Shown: positions 1 through 10,669, numbered from the stretch's first letter. The stretch: 64,000 nt of DNA from an uncultured Acidimicrobiaceae bacterium (GCA_963741995.1 CAVUKI010000003.1:220889-284888), one strand, 5' to 3'. The notes: generated by a model from the sequence alone, not told the origin. Program-made: numbers and translations.

Positions 1-15
1 CCGAACCTTTCTGAG

Positions 16-654
16 ATGCCGGCCCGGGGTCGCCTCGTCGCGCTCGAGGGCATTGACGGGTGCGGCAAGTCCACCCAGGCCGGCGCGCTGGCCGAAGCCC
101 TGGGCGCCGCGCTGACCTTCGAGCCCGGCGCCACGCCCCTTGGGGCCCGGTTGCGCGAGCTTCTCCTGGCCCCCGACGCGCCCCCGCCCTCGCCCCGGGC
201 GGAGGCGTTGCTGATGGCGGCCGACCGGGCCGAGCACGTCGCCCGGGTGCTCACGCCGGCGTTGAACGCCGGCGAGTGGGTGGTCAGTGACCGCTACGCC
301 GGCTCGACCATCGCCTACCAGGGCTATGGGCAGGGCCTCGACCCCGCCGCGCTGGAGGAGCTGGTCCGGTGGGCCACCGGCGGGCTGGCCGCGGACCTCT
401 CGATCCTCGTCGACGTCAGTGTGGAGGAGGCGGCGGCCCGCCTGGCCGCCGGCGGCGGGGGCAAGGCCGATCGGCTGGAGCGCCTCGGGGCGGACTTCGC
501 GCGGCGCGTCCGGGACGGGTTCGTGGCCCAGGCGGCAGCAGACCCCGCACACTGGATCGTGGTCGACGGGACGTTGGAGGCCGCCGAACTGACGGCACAT
601 ATTCTGGATTCCGTGCGCGAACGACTGGGTGACGCACCCGCTGGGCGCCGGTGA
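16..654 (+). CDS. tmk: dTMP (thymidylate) kinase
   Basis: 212-aa ORF. P-loop LEGIDGCGKSTQ and SDRY motif are typical of thymidylate kinases. The stop overlaps the next gene's start. Confidence 0.9.
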   Translation: MPARGRLVALEGIDGCGKSTQAGALAEALGAALTFEPGATPLGARLRELLLAPDAPPPSPRAEALLMAADRAEHVARVLTPALNAGEWVVSDRYAGSTIAYQGYGQGLDPAALEELVRWATGGLAADLSILVDVSVEEAAARLAAGGGGKADRLERLGADFARRVRDGFVAQAAADPAHWIVVDGTLEAAELTAHILDSVRERLGDAPAGRR

Positions 655-1742
655 CGGCAGACCGTCCGGTCCCCGAGCTCTTCGCCGGGGTGGTGTCGCA
701 GGACGAGGCGGTGGCGGCTCTGCGCGCCGCGGCGGTCAACCCCGTGCACGCCTACCTGTTCCGCGGGCCGCCCGGGAACGGCGGGCTCGCCGCCGCCCAC
801 GGGTTCGCGGCCGCCCTCCTCTGCCCCGAGGGCGGCTGCGGCGCGTGTGCCACCTGCCGGGCCGCCCTGGCCGGCACCGATCCGGACCTGCTTATCGTGC
901 GCCGCAGCGGCGCGTCGGTGTCGAAGGAGACCCTGCGCCAGGTCGTCACGCTGGCGCAGCGGCGCCCGCTGCACGCGGCCCGCCAGGTGATCGTCATCCT
1001 CGACGTGCACCTTGTGCTCAACCGTGCACCGGTCCTGCTCAAGACACTGGAGGAGCCACCGGGTGACACGGTCTTCGTGCTGCTTGCCGACGACGTCACT
1101 CCCGACCTGGTGACCATTGCGAGCCGTTGCGTCGAGGTGGACTTCCCTCCGGTGCCGCGCACCGAGCTGGTGCGGTGGCTGACCGACTCGGGCGTGCCGG
1201 CGGACATGGCGGCGGTGGTGGCGGACAGCGCGGGTGGCAATCCCGAACGGGCCCGGGTCATGGTCGACGATCCCGACGTGGCCGCCCGCGTGGCGCTGTG
1301 GACGTCGGTGCCGGACGAGTTGACGGCGGCGGGCATGACGGCCGCCGGGTTGACCCGGCGAGTGCTGGAGTCGGCGGACCGTGCGGTGGAGCCGCTCCGG
1401 GTGGTGCACGCCCGCGAGATCGAGGCGCTGACCGCGGCGGCCAAGGAGATGGGCGAGCGCGGGCTGCCGGGCCGCAAGGAGATCGTCGACCAGCACCAGC
1501 GGGAGGAGCGTCGCTTCCGGACCGACGCCTTACGGGCCGGCCTCGGCGTGCTGGCCCGGGCGTACCGCGGGCGCGTCGTCCGGGCGGCGAGCCGCGACGT
1601 TGTCGTGGGCGATCCGGATGTCCGCAGCGCCACCGAGGCGGTGGGGCTCATCACCGAGACGGCGGAGGCGCTGCCGCGGAATCCGAACGAGACCCTCTTG
1701 GTGCAGTCGCTCTTCGTGCGTTTGGCCGCGCTGGCCGGCTAG
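651..1742 (+). CDS. holB: DNA polymerase III delta-prime subunit
   Basis: 363-aa ORF. Degenerate AAA+ P-loop FRGPPGNGG followed by a Cys cluster CPEGGCGACATC. The tmk-holB pairing is conserved gene order. Confidence 0.85.
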   Translation: MTADRPVPELFAGVVSQDEAVAALRAAAVNPVHAYLFRGPPGNGGLAAAHGFAAALLCPEGGCGACATCRAALAGTDPDLLIVRRSGASVSKETLRQVVTLAQRRPLHAARQVIVILDVHLVLNRAPVLLKTLEEPPGDTVFVLLADDVTPDLVTIASRCVEVDFPPVPRTELVRWLTDSGVPADMAAVVADSAGGNPERARVMVDDPDVAARVALWTSVPDELTAAGMTAAGLTRRVLESADRAVEPLRVVHAREIEALTAAAKEMGERGLPGRKEIVDQHQREERRFRTDALRAGLGVLARAYRGRVVRAASRDVVVGDPDVRSATEAVGLITETAEALPRNPNETLLVQSLFVRLAALAG

Positions 1743-1861
1743 CCGTCAACACCCACAGGCCCGATGCCTGACGCGGTCGTCAGGTGGGATCAGGGCGCGT
1801 CCGGGGCTCGCAGCATTAGAGTTTCGCCGGATCTCCCGAGGTGGCGAGAGTGGGTGGATGA

Positions 1862-2915
1862 ATGCTGGCGGTCACGTTTGCCGACCTGTGGTTCCGGGCC
1901 CGGCAGTTCCTCATCGCCGTCGTCGGTGTCGGGCTCGTCCTCGCGCTGGCGCTCGGTCTGAGCGGGCTGGCCGACGGCTTCCACGCCGAAGTGGCCTCGA
2001 CGGTCGATTCAGTCGGTGCGACCTCGTGGGTCATGGCGCCTTCCGCACATGGGCGGCTGACTGCATTCGCGGCCTTCCCGGCCGCCGCCGCAGTCGCCGT
2101 GGGTCACGAGCCCGGCGTCCAGCGCGCGTCCCCGGTGCTGTTCGCGCCCGAGCAGGTCGTCCTTGTCAACAAATCGACGGCGCCCCAGACGGTCAATCTG
2201 ATGGGGGTGCAACCGGGTGGGCTGGGGAGTCCCGAAGTCGTCTCGGGCCGGGCGTTGTCCGGACCCGACCAGGCAGTCGTCGATTCCAAGCTGCAGGCGC
2301 CGGTCGGCAGCGTCTTGGAGCTGGGCGGGCATCCGTACGACGTCGTCGGAGTGGTCGACGGGCGCACCATGGACGGAGGGATCCCCATCGTCTACATGCC
2401 GCTGGTGACGGTGCAGCGGGCGGTCACCGGTGGAAGGGCGCTGATCACCGCCGTCGCGACCGCGGGCACGCCGGCCCACGTCCCGGCCGGGCTGGTGGTC
2501 CTCACTCCGTCGGGGGTGGTCACGGACACCGTGACGGCCCTGGGGAGCGCCGTGACCTCCATCAGACAACACGCGCTCGCTCATGTGGTTCATTGCCGCG
2601 GCCATCGTCGCGTCCATGCTCTACGTGGCGGCACTGGAGCGGAAACGTGACTTCGCGGTGCTGAAGGCGCTGGGATCCTCGTCCCGGTCGTTGTTCCTCA
2701 GCCTCCTCCTGGAGGCAGTGGTCGTCACCCTGTTCGCCGCCGTCCTCGCTGAGGTCCTGTCACTGTTCATGGGCCGGCTCTTCGCCCAGCCCATCGACAT
2801 CACATCCGCCGCCCGCCTGGTGTTGCCGCTGGTTGCCGTGACGGTCGGTGTGATCGCCAGCGTCTCGACGTTGCGCCGCGTCACCGGTGCCGACCCCGCG
2901 ACGGCTTTCGGATGA
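1862..2915 (+). pseudogene. FtsX/MacB-type ABC transporter permease, reading frame interrupted near 2556-2583
   Basis: ORF 1862..2650 has an N-terminal TM helix plus a periplasmic-type domain. ORF 2583..2915 in another frame carries the FtsX core (ALERKRDFAVLKALG plus 3 TM). The second frame is open from 2556. Confidence 0.6.
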
Positions 2916-3889
2916 GCGAAGATCTTCTGGTCGAGGACCTGACGGTCGCCTTCGACTCCGGCGGCTACGTCATCAAGCCGCTCGACGGGCTCAGCTTCAG
3001 GGCCAACGACGGTGAGCTGGTGGTGCTGCTCGGCCCGTCGGGTTGCGGCAAGACGACGCTGCTGTCGTGTCTCGCAGGGTTGCTGACCCCGACCCGAGGA
3101 CAGATCGAGTTCGGGTCCATCGTCGTCAACGAGCTGCACGGGCCCGCGTTGTCCGAGTACCGGCGCCACACGGTGGGTGTCGTCTTCCAGGCCTTCAATC
3201 TGATTGCCAGCCTGACGGCCCGCGGCAACGTCGTCGTACCGATGCGCCTGGCCGGCACGTCACGGCAGGCGGCCAAGGCGCGGGCCAACGAGCTGCTGGA
3301 CCGGGTCGGGCTGGACGAACGCACGCAGCACCGCCCCGCCCAATTGTCCGGCGGCCAGCAGCAGAGGGTGGCGATCGCCCGGGCACTCGTGCACGATCCC
3401 CCGCTGCTCCTGGCCGACGAGCCGACGGCCCACCTCGATCACATTCAGGTGGAAGGTATTCTCCGCCTGATGCGGGAATTGGCCAGCCCCGGCCGCATCG
3501 TGGTGATCTCGACGCACGACGATCGGGTGAGCCAGCTGGCCGACCGGGTGATCGAGTTGGCCCCCAACTTCTCGGATGCCGACCGGCTTCCCGCAGAGGT
3601 CGTTCTCGCCGCCGGAGAGATCCTGTTCCGTCAGGGTGAACGGGGCGAATTGATCTACCGAGTCGAGTCAGGCCAGCTCGAGGTGTACCGCGAGCTGTTC
3701 GATGGCGGTATTGAGCTGCTCGCGCACAGGGAGCCGGGTAACTATGTCGGCGAGCTCGGGCCGATCCTGAACCTGCCCCGGAGCGCCTCGGTCCGCGCGT
3801 CCCGGGACACGGTGGTGACGGGCTACACGGTGCGGTCGTTCCGCCGGCAGCATCCCCACCAGGTCACCGAGGAACCGGCCACTTCGTGA
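2912..3889 (+). CDS. ABC transporter ATP-binding protein fused to a C-terminal cyclic-nucleotide-binding domain
   Basis: Walker [10 protein letters not shown], signature LSGGQQQR and Walker B LLLADEP. The C-terminal ~110 aa has a CAP-type cassette ([28 protein letters not shown]). ATGA overlap with the permease stop. Confidence 0.85.
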   Translation: MSEDLLVEDLTVAFDSGGYVIKPLDGLSFRANDGELVVLLGPSGCGKTTLLSCLAGLLTPTRGQIEFGSIVVNELHGPALSEYRRHTVGVVFQAFNLIASLTARGNVVVPMRLAGTSRQAAKARANELLDRVGLDERTQHRPAQLSGGQQQRVAIARALVHDPPLLLADEPTAHLDHIQVEGILRLMRELASPGRIVVISTHDDRVSQLADRVIELAPNFSDADRLPAEVVLAAGEILFRQGERGELIYRVESGQLEVYRELFDGGIELLAHREPGNYVGELGPILNLPRSASVRASRDTVVTGYTVRSFRRQHPHQVTEEPATS

Positions 3890-3923
3890 ACGAGACCGCT
3901 GGGCCACGGCGTCGGAGCGCTGC

Positions 3924-6900
3924 GTGATGGTGGGCAGTGAGCCGGGGCGACTGGAGATCCGGGTGCTCGGTCCCGTCGAGGTGGCGTGGGACGGAAACCC
4001 CATCGACATCGGGGGGGTGAAGGCGCGGGCGACCATCGCCCGGCTGCTCATCGATCGCCAGATCATCGTCTCGGTGGACCGCCTCGTCGATTCCCTGTGG
4101 GGCGACCACGATGGACCGGGGGCCGAGATCGCGCTGCGCTCCACGATCTCGCGCCTGCGCAAGCGCCTGCGCGACGCCGGAGCGCCCGAGGACCTCATTG
4201 TGACGAGGGCACCGGGCTACGTCATGGAGGTCCCCGCCGAGGTGACCGACGCCGCCCGGCTCGAACGTCTGGTGGCGGAGGGGCGGAGGCAGCTGGCCCG
4301 ACAGCGCCCGAGCGAGTGCATCCGGCTGCTCGCCGAAGCGGAAGGACTCTGGCGCGGAACGGCCTACAGCGAGGTCCGCGACGAGCCGTTCGCCCGGGCG
4401 GAGGCGCGCCGCCTGGAGGAACTGTTGCTCTCGGCGAGCGAGATGAGGATCGACGCGGAGCTGACGCTCGGCCGACACGAGGCCATGACCGGCGAGTTGG
4501 AGTCGCTCACGAGCGCCAACCCGATGCGCGAGCGGCTGTGGTCACAGCGCATGTTGGCGCTCTACCGCTCGGGCCGCCAGGCGGAGGCGCTGCGGGTGTT
4601 CCAGGATCTGCGGTCCATCCTGGTGGCCGAGCTGGGGATCGAGCCAGGGCACGACGTGACCTGGATGGAGCGGGCCGTCCTGGCCCAGGAGCCCGCGCTC
4701 GATTTTGCGGTCCCGCCCGAAAGGGCCACCGTCCCCCTCACCGAGGAGCCGGCGCCGCCCGGCTACCAGGTCCGGGTGCCCCCGTCCCGGCGGGAAGGCC
4801 CGCTGGTCGGCCGGGCCCGGGAGTCGGCGCTCCTGGGCGACTGGTGGACGTCAGTGCGCCAGGGTGCAGGCCGGCTCATGTTGGTCGACGGCGATCCCGG
4901 TATCGGCAAGACGCGGCTCGTCGCCGGGCTGGCGCGCGCGGCGGAATCACGCGGCGCGCTGGTCCTGTGGGGCCGGTGCGACGAGGATCCGGTGGCGCCG
5001 TTCCAACCCTTCGCGGAGGCGCTCGGGCGCTACTTCCAGTCCCTCTCGGCGGACCGCATTTCGCGCATGCCCGACTGGCAACTCAGCGAGCTCTCCCGAC
5101 TGGTGCTGCGCCTGCGCGAGTACGCGCCGCTGCTCGAGGATGAGGGTGGCGATCCCGAGAGCGAGCGTTTTCGCTTCTTCGAGGCAGTGACGGCGACGCT
5201 CAACGAGCTGTCGTCGAGCGGTCCCATCCTGCTGGTGATCGACGACCTGCACGCCGCCGACCAGCCGACTTTGTTGCTGCTCCGCCACGTCTTGCGGGGC
5301 ACGGACGACGCCAAGCTCGGCGTCGTCGGGATGTTCATCGACACCGAGGTACCGCCTGAGCATCGGCTGCGCGCCATGCTGGCGGACTTTCGGGCGGTCC
5401 ACTCCGTGGCGACTGTGCACCTGCAGGGATTGCAGAGCGCGGCGGTGGAGGAGCTGGTGCAGGGCTGGCCGAACGCCCCAGGGGACCTCGTGCCCCAACT
5501 CTGCCGGCTCACCGACGGCAACCCGCTCTTCCTCGATGAGCTCTTGCGCCAGTTCGGCTACCGCGAGGCCGAGCAGAGCGAGGAGGGCGACGCGCCCGTC
5601 CCGCCCAGCTTGAGCCCGACCGAAGCCATCCGCGAGCTGGTGGCGCGGCGTGTCTCGCGTCTGCCCGAGGACGTGATCTACCTGTTGCAGGCGGCCGCGG
5701 TGGCAGGCGCCGAATTCGAGGCGGGCATTGTGGGCGAGGCGGCCGAGCTGACGGCGGAACAGCGGCTTGACGCCTTCGACCGGGCCGAAGAGTCGCGCCT
5801 GCTCCGCCGGGTCGGGCAGGACATCCGAGACCGCTACGTCTTCACCCACACGCTCGTCCGCGACGCCATTTACGGCGAGCTCTTGCGCGGGCGGAGGGTG
5901 CGCTACCACCACAAGATCGCCGTCGCCACGGAGCGGGCCCATGCCGGCGAGCTGGACACCCACGTCAACGAGCTGGCGCACCACTTCTATATGGGGGCGG
6001 CCCTGGCTGATGCCGACAAAGCCAGGCACTACTGCCGGGCCGCCGGCGAGCGCGCGCTGCGCCTCCTGGCGTTCGAGGAGGCCGCGGTCCAGTTCGCCCG
6101 CAGCCTCGAGGTGGCCGACCAGTTCGGGCTGGCGGACCCCCGGGCGCGCTGCGACGCACTGATCGCGCTGGCGGAGGCGCAGAACCGGGCCGGTGACACC
6201 ACACTGGCGGACGTCAACTTTGCGCGGGCGGCCGCGCTGGCGCGGGACCTCGGCGACGCCGAGCGCTTGGCCGCCGCGGCGCTCGGCGCCGGTCCGCTGA
6301 GCTACCTCGGGATTGTGCGGGCCAACGAGGAGCAGGTCCGGCTTCTGGAGGAGGCGCTGGCCCTGCTCCCAGACGACGAGGACACCCACCTCCGTGCCAT
6401 GGTCACGGCGCGGCTGGGTCTGGTCATCGTCTACCGGGCTGAAATCTCCCTTCCCAGGAGGCAGGCGCGCTCGCTCGCCCTGAGCACCGACGCGGTTGCC
6501 ATGGCCCGGCGCCTTGGGGACCGGGTGGCGCTCGGCTACTCGCTCAACGCGCGCATGCACGCGCTGTGGGGCTTTGCGCACGCGCCTGAACGGATGGCGA
6601 CGGGAACGGAACTGGGGGAGATCGCCGACGACATCGGCGACGAATTGTTGGCGCTGCACGGGCACATGTGGCGCATCCGTGAGTTCCTTGCCCAGGGCGA
6701 TGTCGATGCGGTCAACGATGAGATCACCCGGTTCGGAGCGCGGGAAACAGGACCGGTGCACCCGCTCGAGGCGTCCTACGCCTTCAACGTGACGGCCATG
6801 ATGGCGCTGCTGGCCGGAGACTTCGAGGCGGCTGAGCAACTCGGTCATCGGGCCTTGGAGGTGGCGGAGGGCCACAACGAACTGGCACTGAACTTTTACG

Positions 6901-7532
6901 GGGCCCTCATGATGTGGACCTGGTGGCAGCGCGGCGAACTGGCGGCCCGCGACGGGGAGTTCCGGGAGATCCTGGCCCAAGCCCCGGCTGGGTATCCCAC
7001 CGTGTCGGCGGTGCTGGCCCTGGTCCACGCCGAGGCGGGCGACACCGAGTTGTCGCTGACCCAGCTGCGCTCTCTGGCGGCACTCGGGTGGGAGAACGTG
7101 GCTGACGACCAGGCGGAAGACGTCTCACTGGCCATGGCGGCGGCGGCCTGCAGCGTGCTCGGAGCCCCGGCGAGCGACTTCGCGCCGCATCTCTACGAAG
7201 TCATGCGGCCCTACGCGGGCACTGCCGTCGTGGTCCGTGCGCCCGCCGCGGCATGCGTCGGGCCGGCTGACCACTTTCTCGGGCTTCTGGCGGGGCTCAT
7301 GGGAGACCTGGCATTGGCCGAGGTGCACCACGAGGCCGCGCTGCGCCTCGCGCACCGCATGGGCTCACCTCCCTTCGTGGCCGCGGCCGAGGTGGAGCTT
7401 GCCCGAACAGTGCGCCGCCGCCGCCCGACCGCTGACAAGGAGCGCGTCGCGTTGCTCCTGCGTCATGCAGAAGAGGCTGCCCTCTCCATGGGATTGCACA
7501 GGCTGGCAGAACAGGCCGCCGCGCCCGGCTGA
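3924..7532 (+). CDS. SARP/AfsR-family transcriptional regulator (wHTH-BTAD, P-loop NTPase, TPR-like C-terminus)
   Basis: 1202-aa ORF. N-terminus LEIRVLGPVEV..WGD is SARP-like and is followed by a BTAD-like helical region. Walker A GDPGIGKTRL. Long helical-repeat C-terminus. Confidence 0.85.
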   Translation: MMVGSEPGRLEIRVLGPVEVAWDGNPIDIGGVKARATIARLLIDRQIIVSVDRLVDSLWGDHDGPGAEIALRSTISRLRKRLRDAGAPEDLIVTRAPGYVMEVPAEVTDAARLERLVAEGRRQLARQRPSECIRLLAEAEGLWRGTAYSEVRDEPFARAEARRLEELLLSASEMRIDAELTLGRHEAMTGELESLTSANPMRERLWSQRMLALYRSGRQAEALRVFQDLRSILVAELGIEPGHDVTWMERAVLAQEPALDFAVPPERATVPLTEEPAPPGYQVRVPPSRREGPLVGRARESALLGDWWTSVRQGAGRLMLVDGDPGIGKTRLVAGLARAAESRGALVLWGRCDEDPVAPFQPFAEALGRYFQSLSADRISRMPDWQLSELSRLVLRLREYAPLLEDEGGDPESERFRFFEAVTATLNELSSSGPILLVIDDLHAADQPTLLLLRHVLRGTDDAKLGVVGMFIDTEVPPEHRLRAMLADFRAVHSVATVHLQGLQSAAVEELVQGWPNAPGDLVPQLCRLTDGNPLFLDELLRQFGYREAEQSEEGDAPVPPSLSPTEAIRELVARRVSRLPEDVIYLLQAAAVAGAEFEAGIVGEAAELTAEQRLDAFDRAEESRLLRRVGQDIRDRYVFTHTLVRDAIYGELLRGRRVRYHHKIAVATERAHAGELDTHVNELAHHFYMGAALADADKARHYCRAAGERALRLLAFEEAAVQFARSLEVADQFGLADPRARCDALIALAEAQNRAGDTTLADVNFARAAALARDLGDAERLAAAALGAGPLSYLGIVRANEEQVRLLEEALALLPDDEDTHLRAMVTARLGLVIVYRAEISLPRRQARSLALSTDAVAMARRLGDRVALGYSLNARMHALWGFAHAPERMATGTELGEIADDIGDELLALHGHMWRIREFLAQGDVDAVNDEITRFGARETGPVHPLEASYAFNVTAMMALLAGDFEAAEQLGHRALEVAEGHNELALNFYGALMMWTWWQRGELAARDGEFREILAQAPAGYPTVSAVLALVHAEAGDTELSLTQLRSLAALGWENVADDQAEDVSLAMAAAACSVLGAPASDFAPHLYEVMRPYAGTAVVVRAPAAACVGPADHFLGLLAGLMGDLALAEVHHEAALRLAHRMGSPPFVAAAEVELARTVRRRRPTADKERVALLLRHAEEAALSMGLHRLAEQAAAPG

Positions 7533-7540
7533 TCGGGCTG

Positions 7541-8026
7541 TCAGCGAGCTGCCGCGTCCCTGTCGGGCGTCGGATCTTGCCCTTCTTCGTAGGCGGCCAA
7601 CCTGTCGTCCGCCTCGCGGATGCGCCGGCTCATGCCGCTGAGGATCGCGTTGCGGAACCCGGGGATCTCCATCATGGTCTCGAACTCCCGCGGCCCGACG
7701 ATGAGGACGTCGAGATCCGTCGTGGCGTGCACCGTGGCACTGCGCGGCACGGCCTCGATGGCCGCCAGCTCGCCGAAGTAGTCGCCCGCGTAGAGAATGT
7801 TGACGACGCGCCCGGCGCGGGTGACTGTCGCCGTCCCGTCCAGAATGACAAAGAGCTCGCGGCCGAGGCGGCCTTCCCGCAGGATCACCTCGCCGGCCTG
7901 AATCCGGAGGCGCTCGGCGATGCGCGCCATCTCCAAGAGCTGCTCTTCCGTGCAGGCGGCAAACCAGGGCACGCCCTGGAGGTGCTCCGGTGCGGCTTGG
8001 CCGCTCCCTTCACCGTCGGCGCCCAT
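7541..8026 (-). CDS. stand-alone cyclic-nucleotide-binding domain protein
   Basis: 161 aa. cNMP cassette GDYFGELAAIEAVPRSATVHA, no DNA-binding domain. GAGGAG Shine-Dalgarno upstream of the ATG at 8026. Confidence 0.8.
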   Translation of the reverse strand: MGADGEGSGQAAPEHLQGVPWFAACTEEQLLEMARIAERLRIQAGEVILREGRLGRELFVILDGTATVTRAGRVVNILYAGDYFGELAAIEAVPRSATVHATTDLDVLIVGPREFETMMEIPGFRNAILSGMSRRIREADDRLAAYEEGQDPTPDRDAAAR

Positions 8027-8140
8027 CGGTCTCTCCTCATAGGTCGGTCGGCGGAGCGCTGTCCCGCGCTCGTCAGGGTACGCGCTGGGGAGGCACTCCC
8101 GGGGCGTGCGAGACTTCGGGCCGCCTCGAACGGCCCAGGG

Positions 8141-8626
8141 TCAGCGTTCGACGATGCGGCTCGACCTGGTGTGCTCTGGGTCCTGCGCATCGAGCACGGC
8201 GGCCAGACGGGCCTCCACCCTCCGCAACCGGCTGGCCATGCTCCGGAACAGGGCGCCGCGGAAGCCGGGGATGTCGGACATGGCAGAGAGCTCGCGGGGC
8301 CCGATGATCAGCACGTCGAGGTCGGTCAGCGCCGTGACCGTCGCGTTGCGCGGTCCCGGGTCCATGGCCGCCAGTTCGCCGAAGAAGTCACCCGAGCCCA
8401 GGGTGTTGACCCGCCGGCCCATCTGGGTCACCGCGACCGAGCCAGAGAGGATGAGGAAGAACTCCCGGCCGATCCGCCCTTCGCGGGCGATGACCTCGCC
8501 CTCCCCCACCTGGACCCGCTCAGCCAGGCGGGCCACCTCCTCGAGCTGGGCATGGGTGCAGTTCCGCAGCAGGTCGACGGCCTGCAGCCGGTCGACGGTC
8601 GCCTGTGTTCCCATGGTCGCCAGCAT
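8141..8626 (-). CDS. stand-alone cyclic-nucleotide-binding domain protein (tandem paralog of 7541..8026)
   Basis: Start set at ATG 8626, preceded by GAAGGAGG. cNMP cassette GDFFGELAAMDPGPRNATVTA. Collinear with the neighbouring paralog. Confidence 0.8.
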   Translation of the reverse strand: MLATMGTQATVDRLQAVDLLRNCTHAQLEEVARLAERVQVGEGEVIAREGRIGREFFLILSGSVAVTQMGRRVNTLGSGDFFGELAAMDPGPRNATVTALTDLDVLIIGPRELSAMSDIPGFRGALFRSMASRLRRVEARLAAVLDAQDPEHTRSSRIVER

Positions 8627-8921
8627 GCTTCGCCTCCTTCTCCCGATGCGATGCAGGTGCTCGGCGGCCGTATCGCCGAGGCGCCCGCAATTCTCCACCC
8701 CGCCGCTTGCAGCGCCGTTGCACGGTTGTTGCAGGCGGTGGCTCCGTTCCGGCCCCTTTCGGCTCGTCCTCGCCCCTGTGAACTGCCGGAACACCCTCGG
8801 AATGGTTGGTGCGCCACGCCGATCCCGCGTCGGCGGCGGCCCCGAGCCAGGCGTCTACCATGTTGGGCCGGTTCCGGATCAGGGGGTCTGCAGGGTTCCC
8901 GTCGCACCGGGATCGGCGTTT

Positions 8922-8997
8922 GCCTGGGTAGCTCAGTCGGTAGAGCAGCGCACTCGTAATGCGCAGGTCAGGAGTTCGAATCTCCTCTCAGGCTCCA
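8922..8997 (+). tRNA. tRNA-Thr (anticodon CGT), CCA encoded
   Basis: Cloverleaf folded by hand. Acceptor stem GCCTGGG/CTCAGGC, D-arm TAGCTCAGTCGGTAGAGC, anticodon stem GCGCA/TGCGC with loop CTCGTAA, T-arm GGAGTTCGAATCTCC, then T-CCA. Confidence 0.9.
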
Positions 8998-9115
8998 ATT
9001 TCGTGGCCTCATTGTGATCACCAGTGCCGGTCCGGTTGGTCAAGGGTCGCTCCGGGACACTGCCGTACTCCACTTGACGACTGGCGGCCGAGGGGGAGAG
9101 GTGGGTCCATAGTCA

Positions 9116-10615
9116 ATGTGGGTACGAAGACGCCATCGGCCCCGGCCGACGATGGCCGAGGGAGCCGTCTCGGGGCACGGGCCCACCAGAGTGTCGCTCG
9201 GGACGGCAAAAGCTCCCCCTCGGCGGTACATCTCCTGGACGGTGTTGGCGATGATGACGGTGGGATCCGTGGGCTATCTCGGGTCCACACCGGCCACGTC
9301 CGTCTTTGGTCTCGCCTCGGTATTCCTGTACGTCGTCCCTGCATTCGTGTTCTTGGTGCCCGTCTCCTTGGTCGCGGCGGAGTTGGCGTCGGGTTGGCAG
9401 GGTGGCGTCTACAACTGGGTGGCAGAAGGCGTGTCTGCCCCGATGGGACTCCTTGCCGTCTGGTGCGAGTTTGCCCAGACGATCTTCTATTACCCTGCCC
9501 TACTCGCCTACGTCGCCGGCACGCTCGCCTACGTCATCGATCCGAGCCTGGCCGCCAATGGCGTCTACAACGCGGTTGTCATCGTCGCTCTGTTCTGGGG
9601 TGGAGTGTTCATCTCCTCGCGCGGACTTGGAATCGTGGCAAAGCTCTCCTCGAGTGGCACGCTGATCGGGACGCTGCTCCCCGGCGCCCTCCTCGTCGCT
9701 CTCGGGATCGCCTACCTGCTGCAGGGACATCACTCGGCTGCCCCGATGAACTCTCACCATCTCCTGCCGGCATGGACGGGCGTCGCCAGCGTTGTCCTGG
9801 TCGTCAACAGCTTCTTTACCTATGCCGGTATCGAAGTGAATGCCGTGCACGTCGACGACTGCCGGAACCCGGCCCGCGAATTTCCGAGGTCCATCTTCCT
9901 CGCCATGGCACTCGTCCTCGCCATCTTCATCTTCCCAACGTTGGCGATCGCATGGGTGATCCCTGCAAACCAGATCAGTTTCACGGCCGGCGTCATGCAA
10001 GCCTTCGACAGTCTCTTTGGGCATTTCGGGATCAGGTTCGCCGTGCCACTGATAGCGGTCGCTCTGGCGGTCGGAGCCCTGGCAGGGATGATGGCCTGGC
10101 TCGATGGCCCCTCCGAAGGGTTGCTCAGGATCGGGCGCGAGCAGGGATTTCTCCCTCCCTTCTTTCAAAAGGTGAACCGGAATGGCATCGAGATGCGCAT
10201 CTTGACGGGGCAGGCAATTGTGATCACCGTCATAGCCCTGCTCTATGCATTGATACCGGACGTCTCCCATGCCTACTGGATATTTGCGGTGATGGCCACG
10301 CAGATCTATCTCATCATGTACGTGCTGATGTTCATCGCCGCGCTCCGGTTGCGCCGCAGGCAGCCGGAGCGGCCCCGCGGGTACCGTGCACCGGCTCTGC
10401 GACTCCTGTGTTTCGTCGGCGCCGTGTCGTCGCTCGCCGCTCTGGTCATCGGCTTCGTCGCTCCTTCACAGTTCGGCCACTTGAACCGGCTGCTCTACGG
10501 GCTCCTGATCCTCGCTGGAATACTGTTGATAGGGATCGTTCCGCCGGTGCTCATGGATCGGCTTCGTAAGCCGGGATGGAAACTCGCCGGGAGCGCGCCG
10601 AACCCGGAGGTCTAG
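9116..10615 (+). CDS. APC-superfamily amino-acid permease/antiporter
   Basis: 499-aa hydrophobic ORF with about 12 TM segments and an APC-like N-terminal region. Start is uncertain (GTG 9116 or ATG 9152). Confidence 0.75.
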   Translation: MWVRRRHRPRPTMAEGAVSGHGPTRVSLGTAKAPPRRYISWTVLAMMTVGSVGYLGSTPATSVFGLASVFLYVVPAFVFLVPVSLVAAELASGWQGGVYNWVAEGVSAPMGLLAVWCEFAQTIFYYPALLAYVAGTLAYVIDPSLAANGVYNAVVIVALFWGGVFISSRGLGIVAKLSSSGTLIGTLLPGALLVALGIAYLLQGHHSAAPMNSHHLLPAWTGVASVVLVVNSFFTYAGIEVNAVHVDDCRNPAREFPRSIFLAMALVLAIFIFPTLAIAWVIPANQISFTAGVMQAFDSLFGHFGIRFAVPLIAVALAVGALAGMMAWLDGPSEGLLRIGREQGFLPPFFQKVNRNGIEMRILTGQAIVITVIALLYALIPDVSHAYWIFAVMATQIYLIMYVLMFIAALRLRRRQPERPRGYRAPALRLLCFVGAVSSLAALVIGFVAPSQFGHLNRLLYGLLILAGILLIGIVPPVLMDRLRKPGWKLAGSAPNPEV

Positions 10616-10669
10616 CGCCGCCGGATCTTCGCGGGCCCGGGTGCATCTCGTCCTTTGGGCCCGGACGCG

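Noticed and set aside
1767-1784. CCTGACG-CGGT-CGTCAGG hairpin after holB, considered as a terminator.
   Set aside because: It has a short 7-bp stem and no U-tract, and such hairpins are common by chance in GC-rich DNA. Not reported as a feature.
4947-7028. Very long antisense or off-frame ORFs. Examples: 324..1496 -, 4947..7028 -, 13596..15071 +, 15476..17626 -, 47099..48625 +, 48622..50148 -, 59117..60130 +, 60130..61014 +.
   Set aside because: Each overlaps a gene with clear family motifs on the other strand or frame. Their translations are Arg/Pro/Gly-rich low-complexity sequence, typical of shadow ORFs in high-G+C DNA.
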